A stretch of DNA of 63,426 nucleotides, filler included, from Octopus bimaculoides (lineage: Eukaryota): the NCBI RefSeq assembly GCF_001194135.2. It is 7 parts of 7 records of this genome, joined end to end, with 100 filler letters (N's around TTAATTAATTAA, not from the genome) between each part and the next. Parts side by side here need not be neighbours in the genome. Positions count along the whole stretch, not along the records: positions 42,070 to 54,903 come from NC_068981.1; positions 55,004 to 59,119 come from NC_069010.1; positions 59,220 to 61,825 come from NC_068991.1; positions 61,926 to 63,426 come from NC_068987.1; 3 more parts are not named here. One strand, 5' to 3'. How positions within the stretch are numbered: position 1 is the first letter of the stretch; every line of letters starts with the position of its first letter. Both the position numbers and the translations under genes were made by a program. Below, in pieces: positions 50,786 to 63,139 of the stretch. Under the pieces are notes generated by a model. It was not told the DNA's origin and made no database searches. It worked only from the letters and a program-made list of their open reading frames with translations.

Positions 50786-51500
50786 CCCCCCACATATATA
50801 CATATATATATAAATTCAAAATAAGTTACCATTCTCTTTAAAACATAACCGATATAGGCAAGCAGGTGCATATTGTACCCCGACTTTTAATAATATATGT
50901 ATATATATATATATATATATATNNNNNNNNNNNNNNNNNNNNNNNNNNNNNNNNNNNNNNNNNNNNNNNNNNNNNNNNNNNNNNNNNNNNNNNNNNNNNN
51001 NNNNNNNNNNNNNNNNNNNNNNNNNNNNNNNNNNNNNNNNNNNNNNNNNNNNNNNNNNNNNNNNNNNNNNNNNNNNNNNNNNNNNNNNNNNNNNNNNNNN
51101 NNNNNNNNNNNNNNNNNNNNNNNNNNNNNNNNNNNNNNNNNNNNNNNNNNNNNNNNNNNNNNNNNNNNNNNNNNNNNNNNNNNNNNNNNNNNNNNNNNNN
51201 NNNNNNNNNNNNNNNNNNNNNNNNNNNNNNNNNNNNNNNNNNNNNNNNNNNNNNNNNNNNNNNNNNNNNNNNNNNNNNNNNNNNNNNNNNNNNNNNNNNN
51301 NNNNNNNNNNNNNNNNNNNNNNNNNNNNNNNNNNNNNNNNNNNNNNNNNNNNNNNNNNNNNNNNNNNNNNNNNNNNNNNNNNNNNNNNNNNNNNNNNNNN
51401 NNNNNNNNNNNNNNNNNNNNNNNNNNNNNNNNNNNNNNNNNNNNNNNNNNNNNNNNNNNNNNNNNNNNNNNNNNNNNNNNNNNNNNNNNNNNNNNNNNNN

Positions 51501-51559
<59 letters not shown>

Positions 51560-52140
51560 AGACAGAAAGAAATGCACTTAACTGCAGCATCTGAGAAAAA
51601 CCAGAAAATGTACAGAATTACGTTTAAGAAGCTTAGCAATCGAAGTAGTTCGATAAATCTTCCTAACACTTTGGCGTCTTTCAGAAAAATACCATAAACA
51701 GATGCTGACGGATATTTTCTCTCAAAGAATAATAAAAAAAAGAAAAAGAAATCGACAAAAGATTAGTTGAATGTAGAGGTTGCCATAAAAGTATTGTCTG
51801 GCAGCAGTTGTGGAACACAGCTTCATCTTCATCCAACCTCAAACGGAATCAATGACATTTGACCAAAGCAACTCGTCCGCTGAAGACAGTAATTTCCTCT
51901 CGAACTTCTCCAGTTGAATTTTATGAGCCAGGTTCCAATCCTTATAGGCAGCGGAAAATAAAAAAAATGATGCCAAGATATATCAAATACTCTACTTGAG
52001 AGACTTTCCAATATTTTCTCAAAGTTGAAGAAATGGAAGTGATTACTTGAGGGATGCTTTTGTAGAACTTTGGCAATTCTATTGAGATGAATTATTTGTT
52101 CTTCATTCTGATGTAACCCCCACAGCACATAACCGTAGCT

Positions 52141-52445
52141 GTGTGAAAAGCGTGTGGCGAACTGGTTAAGGTATTCACCTCACGATTGTAGGCGACGCGT
52201 TGTGTCCTTGAGTAAGACACTTTATTTTACTTTATTTGGCTTCAGTCCAGGCACCCGAAAAGAATAAATTGTACCCGTATTTGAAAGGCCAGCCTAGTCA
52301 ATTTCTGTGTCACGAGAACTACGTTAAGGGTACACGCGTCTGTGGAGCTCTCAGCCAATTTGAATGATAATTTCACGAGCAGGCTGTTCCGTTGATCGCA
52401 TCAACTGGAACCCTCGTCGTCGCAACCGACGGAGAGCCAGTTAAC
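52141..52445 (+). mobile_element. tRNA-derived SINE family C copy (CpG-rich)
   Basis: Homologous to 15781-16085 (gttgtgtccttgagtaagacacttt...gagcaggctgttccgttgatcg...aactggaaccctcgtcgtcg). Confidence 0.8.
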
Positions 52446-53673
52446 TGTTGCTATGAGTAGCTTGTACAAAGAAGACGTACTCAATATCCTATATAGAGGA
52501 ATGTAATGAAATGCCTTCTCTACCATGGCGATTCCATCCGTCATTGTCGATAGTTTTAGAAGAGATGGTTAATTAGTACAGCTTTCAACCATGAGAAAGC
52601 GAATTCATCGCTAAAGAGACAATTCTGTATGGAAACCATGGAATCCCGTTTTTAAATATCATAAACATTCACAAGTCATAAAGAATGTGGAAGTTATATT
52701 TAAATACCAAAAAATACTCTAAACTTTTTGCCTTTCATGACAAACGTTGGGTATGAAAAAGGAAACACCAAATCTTTGCTACAAATAGGGACAGTGGAGA
52801 TCCTTAACCACATTTATTGGTCATTTGACTCGAAATCACAATATATACAATTAACATTAAAGAAATTTCGTTGAGTTCTGCGACGGTCATTATGCTAATA
52901 AGAAACACACACTGGTTCTATTGAACTTTGTTTTATTATCATTAATGAAATTTGTTTATCATTTAAGTAATTAACAAATCGATTGTTTGATTTACCATTT
53001 AATTCATCGATTAATCAATGAATCCGTTAGGTTTTGGCAGAGCCCTTTTTGTTGCAACTTGTGACGTCATCACTGCAATGCTCTTGCTGCTCTTCTAGTT
53101 GCCAGATTCTATATTTATATTTATGAGGCACTCATTAGTAAGAGTTACACTTGTTGTTGTTATTATTATTATTATATAAAACGGAGAGTGAGGTGGAGAC
53201 ACAGTTATAAGCTTGCGTGTGTTGATCATGTATAAAATAAACGTTCTCAGTATAATTTCAATACATGTTGTAAGACAAAAGCAACCAGAAACGCCAGCGC
53301 CCCCTACGTGAATATACAATATTCAGCCATTTGAGTGATGTTTCTCGAATGTCTGAATTAAAAAATATGTAATTCAAAACCGTTTGTGAAATACGACATG
53401 AATAGCCTGCTCTCCCCAGAAATATTCATTTTTGGCCCCGTTTCGTTTTAGGTCTCCACTGGAAGCTTCCATACGCTCATAGCTTTACCACGTGGTAGCA
53501 TGGATATTGCAGAATTTGTCTTTGACACAATATCCTCTTGATGTCAAATGTCTCTACATAGCGTTCCTTTTTACATCATAACATGGTAGTGAATGCCTTT
53601 CATAAATGAATATCTATATACATGCGCATGCGTATATGTCTCTGTATACGTGATTATGCGCGCGTGTGTGCAA

Positions 53674-53708
<35 letters not shown>

Positions 53709-53719
53709 GTCAAGCAAAC

Positions 53720-53757
<38 letters not shown>

Positions 53758-53864
53758 GAGTGGGAACAGCAACAGATATACGAAAGAAAAGGAAAAAAAG
53801 GGCACACACAAACTGGTACATACACATATGTACGTGTGGCGTGATAATAATAATAATAATAACA

Positions 53865-54075
53865 ATGATTTCAAATTGCGGCACAAGGCCAGCAAGTTTG
53901 GAGAAAGGGGTAAGTTGATTACATGGACTCCAGAGTTCAACTGGTACATACTTTTATCGATGCCGAAAGGATGAAAGGCAAAGAAGACGTCGGTGGAATT
54001 TGAACTCGGAACATAAAGACGGACAAAATGCCACGAAGCATTTTCTCCGATGCGATACCCATTCTACTAGTTCGC
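53865..54075 (-). mobile_element. SINE family A copy
   Basis: ggcacaaggccagcaagttt...gaaaggatgaaaggcaaag...ggaatttgaactcggaacataaagacggac. Confidence 0.85.
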
Positions 54076-54649
54076 CTGTCTATGCATGTATGTATGTATG
54101 TGTGTATGTATGTATGTATGTATGTATGTATGCATGCATAGAGATTAGAGATGACACTATGAATGTGTGTGTGTGTATAGATAGATAGATAGATAGAGAT
54201 AGACACACAACATAAACACATACAAAATACAGGTAATAAACTGAGTGCATCACTGCAGAGTTAATCACGTGATCCAAGCTGTCCTACGAAGGCAACAACA
54301 ACAACAACAATAATGATAATTTCAATTGTAAAACGACGAAGATGGAGTTGTGTCCGTTGATGTTTCTCTTAATTTCTCGCACTTCATTGCATTTCCGTGT
54401 CGGAGGAAGCCATAAAGAGCTTTTCGCTTTCTTTCTTTCTTTGACAATAACCATTAACGTAACGTTACATTCTATGTTCCAGCATTTCCTACAGACCAGA
54501 AAGTCTGTGAAATCTAATACAGCAGCGTCGAAAGGGCGAGAAGAGGAGAGAAAGGCAGAAAGAGTGAGGGAGAGAGGATTTCAAGAGAAAGGGAGTGATA
54601 CATACATACATACAAGCATGCATACATACGTACATATACTATCTTATTT

Positions 54650-54850
54650 GTTTCACTCATTTTGACTGCGGCAATGCTGGAGCACCGCCTTTAGTCGAAC
54701 AAATAGACACCCCAGAACTTTATTCTTTGTAAGCCTAGTACTTATTCTATCGTTTTCTTGGGTCGAACCGCTAATTTACAGGAACGTATAGACGCCAACA
54801 TCGGTTGTCAAGCGATGATGGAGGGACAAACACAGACACAAACACACATA
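54650..54850 (-). mobile_element. SINE-like family B 3' half
   Basis: tttgactgcggcaatgctggagcaccgcctttagtcga...tttgtaagcctagtacttattctatcg...catcggttgtcaagcgatg. Confidence 0.85.
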
Positions 54851-54869
54851 GACACACACACACATATTT

Positions 54870-54902
<33 letters not shown>

Positions 54903-55871
54903 CNNNNNNNNNNNNNNNNNNNNNNNNNNNNNNNNNNNNNNNNNNNNTTAATTAATTAANNNNNNNNNNNNNNNNNNNNNNNNNNNNNNNNNNNNNNNNN
55001 NNNTATATACACACACACACATGTGGGTGTATTATGTATATCTATATTTATCTACGAACATAAACATATACAGCTGTTCATTCTGTAGGTCTTCCTCATA
55101 TATATATATACATATATGCATACATATGTGTGTGTAGAGAGAGAGAGAGAGAGAGAAAGGTGTTATGTTGGCATTGCATATATTTTATTGTAATTGTTCA
55201 GCCCCTGATCAGTCTGGATCCAACCAACATATGATCGCATCCATTGCATTCCAACCGTGACATTCACGGCTATTTCTTCTTCTTCTTCTTCTTCTTCTTC
55301 TTCTTCTTCTTCTTCATCATCATCATGTATTACAATGGTTTTCCTCCACCCACCACCGCGACTATTACATGTCCTTCATTTAAGAAGAAGAAAAACCAAC
55401 AACAACACAAATATGATTTGCAGGCTATCTAGCTACCATTTCTAGCAAAGCCAGCGGTCAGCATGAAGTACGAATGCTGCTGTTGTTGTTGTTTAGCCCA
55501 AGGTCACAAGCTGATCCAGCAGACATTATGATCAAAGATGTTATATTCGTAACAAACCCCTATTTCATTCAGGCATTGTATATCTGAGAGTACATTATTT
55601 CGTGTGCCTACCTTTTGTTTTTATTTTATCTTTTGATTTCCTTTTTTTTTTTTTCCTTTTTCAAATGCTGTAGAATTTGATTCGACGTTGAATTAGCATT
55701 AAGCTGTTGTTTTTATCATGTCGAATGGTGAATGTTTTATGCGCATATCTCGTATATAAAGACATGCGTAAATTGGAATTATGAAGGTGGGTGTGAACAG
55801 CTGACGGAATGTAAAGGGGATATGCCTTGCATTTAAACGCAAACGCGTGAATATATATATATATATATATA

Positions 55872-56238
55872 GCTTGCTTACGAATCACATGGTTCCGGGT
55901 TCAGTCCCACTGCGTGGCACCTTGGGCAAGTGTCTTCTACTATAGCCTCGGGCCGACCAAAGCCTTGTGAATGGATTTGGTAGACGGAAACTGAAAGAAG
56001 CCCGTCATATATATGTATATATATGTGTGTGTGTTTGTGTGTCTGTGTTTGTCCCACCACCATCGCTTGACATCCGATGCTGTTGTGTTTACGTCCCCGT
56101 AACTTAGCGGTTCGGCAAAAGGGACCGGTAGAATAAGTACTAGGCTTCCAAAGAATAAGTCCTGGGGTCGATTTGCTCGACTAAAAGGCGGTGCTCCAGC
56201 ATGGCCGCAGTCAAATGACTGAAACAAGTAAAAGAGTA
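55872..56238 (+). mobile_element. Best-preserved copy of composite SINE-like family B
   Basis: tRNA-like B-box region ggttccgggttcagtcccactgcg, CORE-like gcaccttgggcaagtgtcttc, internal (TA)/(TG) tract and 3' end gactgaaacaagtaaaagagta. At least a dozen homologues in the window. Confidence 0.9.
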
Positions 56239-56331
56239 TATATATATAATTATTCATAATTATCGCTCAAATCACACCCTACAATTTATATACATACATA
56301 CATTCGTGTGTTATATATGTATATACATATA

Positions 56332-56534
56332 TAAGGGCGTGTTGAAAAGTTACCTGACTTTGGGTAAAAGAAAATACAGGAGCATCAGTTAATTATGATT
56401 TTATTCAAAATGTTTCCCTGTCAGATTCACACACTTATTGCAGCGGTCCCTGTAAAAGAACTTGGAAGGTTGGGCCTCCAACCAGGCCTTTCGCGATTCC
56501 CTTAATGTCAGGAATTCTTTCAACACCCTCCCAT
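56332..56534. mobile_element. Mariner-type MITE
   Basis: Imperfect TIRs of about 28 bp: taagggcgtgttgaaaagttacctgac / gtcaggaattctttcaacaccctccca, embedded in TA-rich flanks. Confidence 0.7.
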
Positions 56535-56579
56535 ATGTGTGTGTGAGTGTGTATGAATGTATGTAAACAGAAGGGGGCG

Positions 56580-57075
56580 AATTGAATATTTAGCTGCTAT
56601 TTCAGCAAGTTCTTGCTACCATGTAGCGGTTTCGTTTCTTGTCTCGCACATGAATTGCATAAATAAAACAGTAGGGTCTGATTTGAGGGAGATTGGGTGT
56701 CATATCTAACAGGTCTAGCTACCATGTAGAGGTCTCTCTCTCTCTCACTCACTGGTTGATGTGTACACAAGACATCAAGGTATGATTTGAAGGAGGTTTG
56801 TCTGCTTCTCACATCTACTCATACCCGTATATAAATATACGTCCAGGGTGTGGTTTGAGGGAGATTAGCTATTATTTTAAGCAGTTCAAGCTACATACAG
56901 AAAACAGTAGGGTGTGATTTGAAGAAGATTCGACGGCTATTATGTAGCGAATTCAGGCTACGTTGCCTTATGCATACATACGTACGTACATACATACGGT
57001 TGTGCGGTGTGATGAGGGAGATTTGGTTGTTATTTCTAGCAGATTGTGCGACTAAATAAGCCAGCTCAGGCTCCC
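56580..57075 (+). repeat. Cluster of about six diverged 60-70 bp units
   Basis: Recurring gggtgtgatttgagggagatt(t)ggYtgYtatttctagcag...ctacVWgYagag motif. Confidence 0.65.
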
Positions 57076-57498
57076 TTGCTAATCTGAGGCGTCAGCTTGT
57101 AGAGAAATGGATCTGTTTGTCTTCAGTGGGCGGTTCTCTAGCTAAGCATTTCACTTTCACATTCCATACAGCACTCTGATTGTCGAAAGTGAAAGTGGGA
57201 CGCTAAACTAAAAGATTGCTGTTCTCCGTTTTTTTTTTNNNNNNNNNNTTCTCTCTGTTCGTTTCAGTATTAGACTGCGGCCATGCTGGGGCACCGACCG
57301 CAGTGAAGAACTTTTATTCGAATGAAGTGACCTCCCAGGACCCACTTTTATCTAAGGCTAGGTATAGGTATACACACAATGATATACACACAATGATATA
57401 CACACAATGATATACACACAAAAACAATATTATGCAAATATCAAACTTGTTACAGAAGTACTGGCTGAATGATATTCATGCAAGTGTATATAGGCAAT

Positions 57499-57672
57499 TG
57501 GAGGTGCAATGGCCCAGTGGTGGTTAGGGCAGCGGACTCGCGGTCACAGGATCGCTGTTTCGATTCCCAGACCGGGCGTTGTGAGTGTTTATTGAGTGAA
57601 AACACCTAAAAGCTCCACGAGGCTCCGGCGGGGGATGGTGGCGAACCCTGCTGTACTCTTTCACCACAACTT
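57499..57672 (+). mobile_element. tRNA-derived SINE, different subfamily
   Basis: ggaggtgcaatggcccagtggtggttagggcagcggactcgcggtcacaggatcgctgtttcgattcccagaccggg has an A-box-like and a B-box-like segment, followed by a unique body. Confidence 0.65.
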
Positions 57673-57769
57673 CCCGGGCGGCACTTTTGGGCTTGCTGTA
57701 GGCAATATGTGTCTTTTGTGGGGTCCGGGGACGGCAAACGAAAGGGCCGCCCCGGACGGCACACACCCA

Positions 57770-57945
57770 AGCTACAACGGGCTTGTTTCAGTTTCCGTCT
57801 ACCAAATCCATTCATAAGGTTTTTTGGGGGGTCAGCCCGAGGCTTATAGTAGAAGACACTTGCCCAAGGTGCCATGCAGTGGGACTGAACTCGGAACTAC
57901 ATGGGCGTAAAGTGACCTTCTTAGCCACGCAGCTATGCCTGTGCC
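57770..57945 (-). mobile_element. SINE-like family B 5' half
   Basis: cgggcttgtttcagtttccgtctaccaaatcc...gtagaagacacttgcccaaggtgccatgcagtgggactgaac. Confidence 0.85.
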
Positions 57946-58205
57946 CTTCGATCCAGTTTTATTAATGCAAAGGGATGACAGGAAATCAGCGATTTGAACT
58001 CAGGACGATTTATTCTATGCCGGGTCTGTTATCTCTGCAGCCATATTGTTATCGATTTCCGTGACGTGGACAAATCAGGGTTTGTAATTGCTTGGGGAAA
58101 GTGTGAGGAGGCTAGACGAGGTGGTGGGGATAGAAACGATTGAAGTTACAGAAGGATAAAAAGGCTCTTTGTTCATACATTTGCCTTTCGCATTGTGTAT
58201 GTATA

Positions 58206-58264
<59 letters not shown>

Positions 58265-58265
58265 A

Positions 58266-58520
58266 GGCATGGCTATAGGCGCAGGCATGGCTGTGTGGTA
58301 AGTAGTTTGCTTACCAACCACATGGCTCTGGGTTCAGTCCCACTGCGTGGAACCTAGGGCAAGTGTCTTCTACTACAGCCAACCAAAGCCTTGTGAGTGG
58401 ATTTGGTAATCGGAAACTGAAAGAAGCCCGTCGTATATATGTGTATGTGTGTGTGTCTGTCTGTGTTTTTGTCCCCTCCCCAACCACCATTGCTTGACAA
58501 CCGATGTTGGTTTGTTTACG
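58266..58520 (+). mobile_element. SINE-like family B copy
   Basis: ggcgcaggcatggctgtgtggtaagtagtttgcttaccaaccacatgg...gaaactgaaagaagcccgtcg...gcttgacaaccgatgttgg. Confidence 0.85.
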
Positions 58521-58968
58521 ACAAGCGTCTCAAGCGATGGAAATCCATTTAGTTTCTGCTTTTTTTTTGTTTTTTAATTTGCAAGGATGTGTATTATACA
58601 TATATATATGCAAGTGCACGCGTCTGTGGTCTGCGGAATATTCAGCCACTTTAGAATACAACGCAGCAATACAGTAATAGGTAGCTCAGTTGCTTGAGCA
58701 ATTTAATGCTCACCGTCGCAACCGCTGAAGAACCATTTCATTTTTCTTTGATTTTGATGTTACAAATGCATGCAAGTGCACATGCGCAGACATAGACACA
58801 TATAGATGAACACGTACACACCTACACACACACACACACACAGAGGTAGACGTATATACATCTGCACACACACACACACCTACACACACGCATGTCCACA
58901 CAGCCACACACTGAGGTACAAACATAAACACATACACACAGGTACACACACTGAAGTACACACACCTG

Positions 58969-59011
<43 letters not shown>

Positions 59012-59249
59012 CTGCACACACCCGCACATGCATTATCTCACCTGTCATACCCTACCTGACACACACAGGTACACACACACACACACACACACATCCCTCA
59101 CCTTCCACCAGCCACCTCTNNNNNNNNNNNNNNNNNNNNNNNNNNNNNNNNNNNNNNNNNNNNTTAATTAATTAANNNNNNNNNNNNNNNNNNNNNNNNN
59201 NNNNNNNNNNNNNNNNNNNTGTTGCTGCAGATGTGCAAACGATATGGGA

Positions 59250-59883
59250 CAAATTTGAACTTAGAACGGACGAAATGCTGCCCGGCGTGCTAACGTTTCT
59301 GCCACCTCTTAGATATTGACTTCAAATTTTGGCACAAGGCCAGCAATTTCGGTAGAGGGAATAAGTTGATTACATCAATCCCAGAGCTTAACTAGTACTT
59401 ATTTTATCAACCCGGAAAGTATGGAAGGCGAAGTCGACTTTGGAGGAATTTGAACTCAGAACGCAAATACGGACGACATGCCGATAATTATTTTGTCAGG
59501 TGTTGTAACGATTCTGCCAGTTCCGTGCAAACGCTTTTCCTAGTGTTATTATTGAGCTGGCAGAAACGTTAGCACGCCGGGCAGCATTTCGTCCGTTCTA
59601 AGTTCAAATTCCGCCAAGTTCGACTTTGCTTTTCACCTATTCGGGGTCAATAAATTAAGTACCAGTGAAACACTAGGGTCGATGTAATCGACTAGTCCCC
59701 TCCCCCAAAATTCCAGGACTTGTGCCTATAGAAAAAAGGATTATTATTATTACTTTTAAGGAGGTAAACTGGCAGAATCGTTAGCATGCCGGACGAAATG
59801 CTTAGCAGTATTGCGTCCATTTTTACGTTCTGTTTTCAAATTCCGCCGAGGTCGAATTTGCCTTTCATCCTTCGGAACCGATA
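59250..59883. mobile_element. Cluster of four SINE family A pieces: two minus (59250-59305, 59320-59525) and two plus (59553-59755, 59758-59883)
   Basis: Family A head and core motifs in both orientations; includes a perfect 53-bp inverted repeat. Confidence 0.85.
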
Positions 59884-60806
59884 NNNNNNNNNNNNNNNNN
59901 NNNNNNNNNNNNNNNNNNNNNNNNNNNNNNNNNNNNNNNNNNNNNNNNNNNNNNNNNNNNNNNNNNNNNNNNNNNNNNNNNNNNNNNNNNNNNNNNNNNN
60001 NNNNNNNNNNNNNNNNNNNNNNNNNNNNNNNNNNNNNNNNNNNNNNNNNNNNNNNNNNNNNNNNNNNNNNNNNNNNNNNNNNNNNNNNNNNNNNNNNNNN
60101 NNNNNNNNNNNNNNNNNNNNNNNNNNNNNNNNNNNNNNNNNNNNNNNNNNNNNNNNNNNNNNNNNNNNNNNNNNNNNNNNNNNNNNNNNNNNNNNNNNNN
60201 NNNNNNNNNNNNNNNNNNNNNNNNNNNNNNNNNNNNNNNNNNNNNNNNNNNNNNNNNNNNNNNNNNNNNNNNNNNNNNNNNNNNNNNNNNNNNNNNNNNN
60301 NNNNNNNNNNNNNNNNNNNNNNNNNNNNNNNNNNNNNNNNNNNNNNNNNNNNNNNNNNNNNNNNNNNNNNNNNNNNNNNNNNNNNNNNNNNNNNNNNNNN
60401 NNNNNNNNNNNNNNNNNNNNNNNNNNNNNNNNNNNNNNNNNNNNNNNNNNNNNNNNNNNNNNNNNNNNNNNNNNNNNNNNNNNNNNNNNNNNNNNNNNNN
60501 NNNNNNNNNNNNNNNNNNNNNNNNNNNNNNNNNNNNNNNNNNNNNNNNNNNNNNNNNNNNNNNNNNNNNNNNNNNNNNNNNNNNNNNNNNNNNNNNNNNN
60601 NNNNNNNNNNNNNNNNNNNNNNNNNNNNNNNNNNNNNNNNNNNNNNNNNNNNNNNNNNNNNNNNNNNNNNNNNNNNNNNNNNNNNNNNNNNNNNNNNNNN
60701 NNNNNNNNNNNNNNNNNNNNNNNNNNNNNNNNNNNNNNNNNNNNNNNNNNNNNNNNNNNNNNNNNNNNNNNNNNNNNNNNNNNNNNNNNNNNNNNNNNNN
60801 NNNNNN

Positions 60807-60812
60807 CATACA

Positions 60813-60851
<39 letters not shown>

Positions 60852-60896
60852 TTACATACATACATACATACATATTTACATACATACATACATACA

Positions 60897-60931
<35 letters not shown>

Positions 60932-61200
60932 TTATATACATTCACACATACATATTTACATACATACATACATTCATACATACATATTTACATACATACA
61001 TACATTCATACATACATATTTACATACATACATGTATACATACATTAATACATACATACATGCATACATACATACATACATACATACATATTTACATACA
61101 TACTTACATTCATTCATACATACATACTTACATACATACACACATGCATACACACATGCATACATACACACAAACAGACATAAATATTTACATACATATG
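60807..61200 (+). repeat. (TACA)n microsatellite with recurring catattta variants
   Basis: Read directly from the sequence. Confidence 0.95.
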
Positions 61201-61758
61201 TACATACATACAATGAAAAAAACAACCAAACAAAGCCACAAAGAGGCACAAAGAGGCACAAAGAGGCAATACTACTGAAGTCTAGTAGTAACGCAAGCCG
61301 TCTGCTCGCTTTCTCACCGTCTCTCTCCCCCTCTCTCTCTCTCTCTCTATTTCTCTCTTTCTCTCTCACTCACGCACTTTCGTGCTTTCTTTCTGCCTTT
61401 CTTTCTTTCTCTCTTCCTCTCCCTCTCACAAGTTTAGTTGGGCTGTCTTTCTGATCTTAGTATGCATTGTATGCGTATGTAGTTGTGTGTGCGTGTGTGT
61501 GTGTTGAGGGGAAAGTGTACGGAAGCGTAATGTGGGGGAGGAAGGGGGTATGCTGACGCGTGGACAACGTCAGCAATAATGACAGGGTCGGAGGGACGGG
61601 AGGTGGGGGGTTCAAGGAAGAGGGAGAGAGGGAGAGCTTTAGGGTTGCCTTTGCATTTCTATGAGTAAGCTTTCTTTCTAGTCAAGGTACGCTAGAGGTG
61701 AGCGTGTGATAAAGGAACTGAAGGGTGTCCCGTGGTGGAAGTGGTTTGAGAGACAGAA

Positions 61759-61802
<44 letters not shown>

Positions 61803-61925
61803 GAGTGGGATAATGTGGATGTGAGNNNNNNNNNNNNNNNNNNNNNNNNNNNNNNNNNNNNNNNNNNNNTTAATTAATTAANNNNNNNNNNNNNNNNNNN
61901 NNNNNNNNNNNNNNNNNNNNNNNNN

Positions 61926-62015
<90 letters not shown>
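61926..62015 (+). repeat. (ATT)n array forming the (TAA)n tail/target of the adjacent R4-type element
   Basis: Read directly from the sequence. Confidence 0.95.
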
Positions 62016-63118
62016 GTTGCCTTTGCACAGTTTCTAACGCTGGAGATGTACTTCAGTGTCAGTTGTTCACAACCAATGAACTAAAGTAACAACCCTTATT
62101 TTTCGAGCACCTTCCAGAGTATACGAGCGGTTCCAAATAGTGTTGTTTTCTGCAAGTGATCCACCCTTACTGCAGCTCCTATTTGTTCCATGTACTTCTC
62201 AAGATTTTTACTCACTCATCCCAGGACTCCGACAGTCATTGGTGCTACTACCACCTTTTTCAGCGACCACAACTACTTAACCTCCCAAGCTAACCTGTCA
62301 TGTCTATCGACTTTTCTTTCTTCGTTATCGCATACTTTATTGTCAGCCGGGCATGCTATATCTATTATCCAGTATCGTTTGCTTTCTTTCTCAATTAATA
62401 TTATGTATGGTTCCCATGGTCGCACTGAATCATAAAATCCCATAGGATCTTTGCATTATCATTGTCGATGATGCCTCCGGGTTCATTTTTGTACCGCTCT
62501 TTTGCTCTGTTAAGTCCATACTTGTTGCGAAATGTCCAATGGACAATACTTGCTATGTTGTCATGATATCTCTTATATTCTTTCTGCGTTGGTTGCTTGC
62601 ATTGACTGGTAATATGCCATATGGGTTCACCATTTTGTCCACAAATTCTGCACTTATCACCTTCTGATGTATTGCCTATTCTGCATTTAATGTAATTGGT
62701 TCTTAATGCTTGTTTTGGGGCAGCACAGATTAGAGAGTCCGTTTCCGGTTTTAAATCACTTTCAGTCATCCATAGCCATCTTTTTTTCTCTGTCTGTCTT
62801 ACTTTCAACATCCCTATGAAATTGTCCATGCTTTCTTTTCTTTATCCACCTATTATCAGCTTCATTAATTCTCAAGTACTTGTACAGTGCTTTACTTTTG
62901 CAATCTTCCATCCTATACTATACAAGCCTAACCTTCTTATTTCCAATAATTGTGGTTCCGGAGCATTTTTTTTTTACATACCATGCTATGTTGTTTTCTT
63001 CTGCTCAATGCTGTGTTCGCATCCAATCAGTCCTTTCCCCCAACTTTTTCTTTTTACATACAGTGTCTCTGTGTCACTTTTTGGGTGGAGTATCCCATAT
63101 CTAGCCAGCAAATTCCTT
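62016..63118 (-). mobile_element. 5'-truncated Dong/R4-type LINE: RT thumb, CCHC knuckle, restriction-like endonuclease, short 3' UTR
   Basis: GILHPKSDTETLY..., LKPETDSLICAAPKQALRTNY, CRICGQNGEPIWHITSQC (C-x2-C-x8-H-x4-C), KILWDF, IIDIACPADNKVCDNEERKVDR and LQKTTLFGTARILWKVLEK* (stop 62098-62096). The PD motif is lost in a small deletion; internal stops present. Confidence 0.9.
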
Positions 63119-63139
63119 TTATTATTATTATTATTATTG

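Noticed and set aside
51829-52128. 99-aa minus-strand ORF in non-repeat sequence
   Set aside because: It starts at a GTG, has no recognisable domain and no convincing splice boundaries.
53062-53069. Perfect CRE palindrome TGACGTCA in CpG-rich unique sequence upstream of the ALP exon
   Set aside because: A single 8-mer in 63 kb is near chance expectation and there is no supporting promoter evidence.
56580-57075. Repeat-spacer appearance suggesting a CRISPR array
   Set aside because: Eukaryotic context, highly diverged repeats, irregular low-complexity spacers and no cas genes.
57371-57420. 14-bp unit (tatacacacaatga) repeated about 3.5 times
   Set aside because: An ordinary slippage-derived minisatellite in a CA-rich tract.
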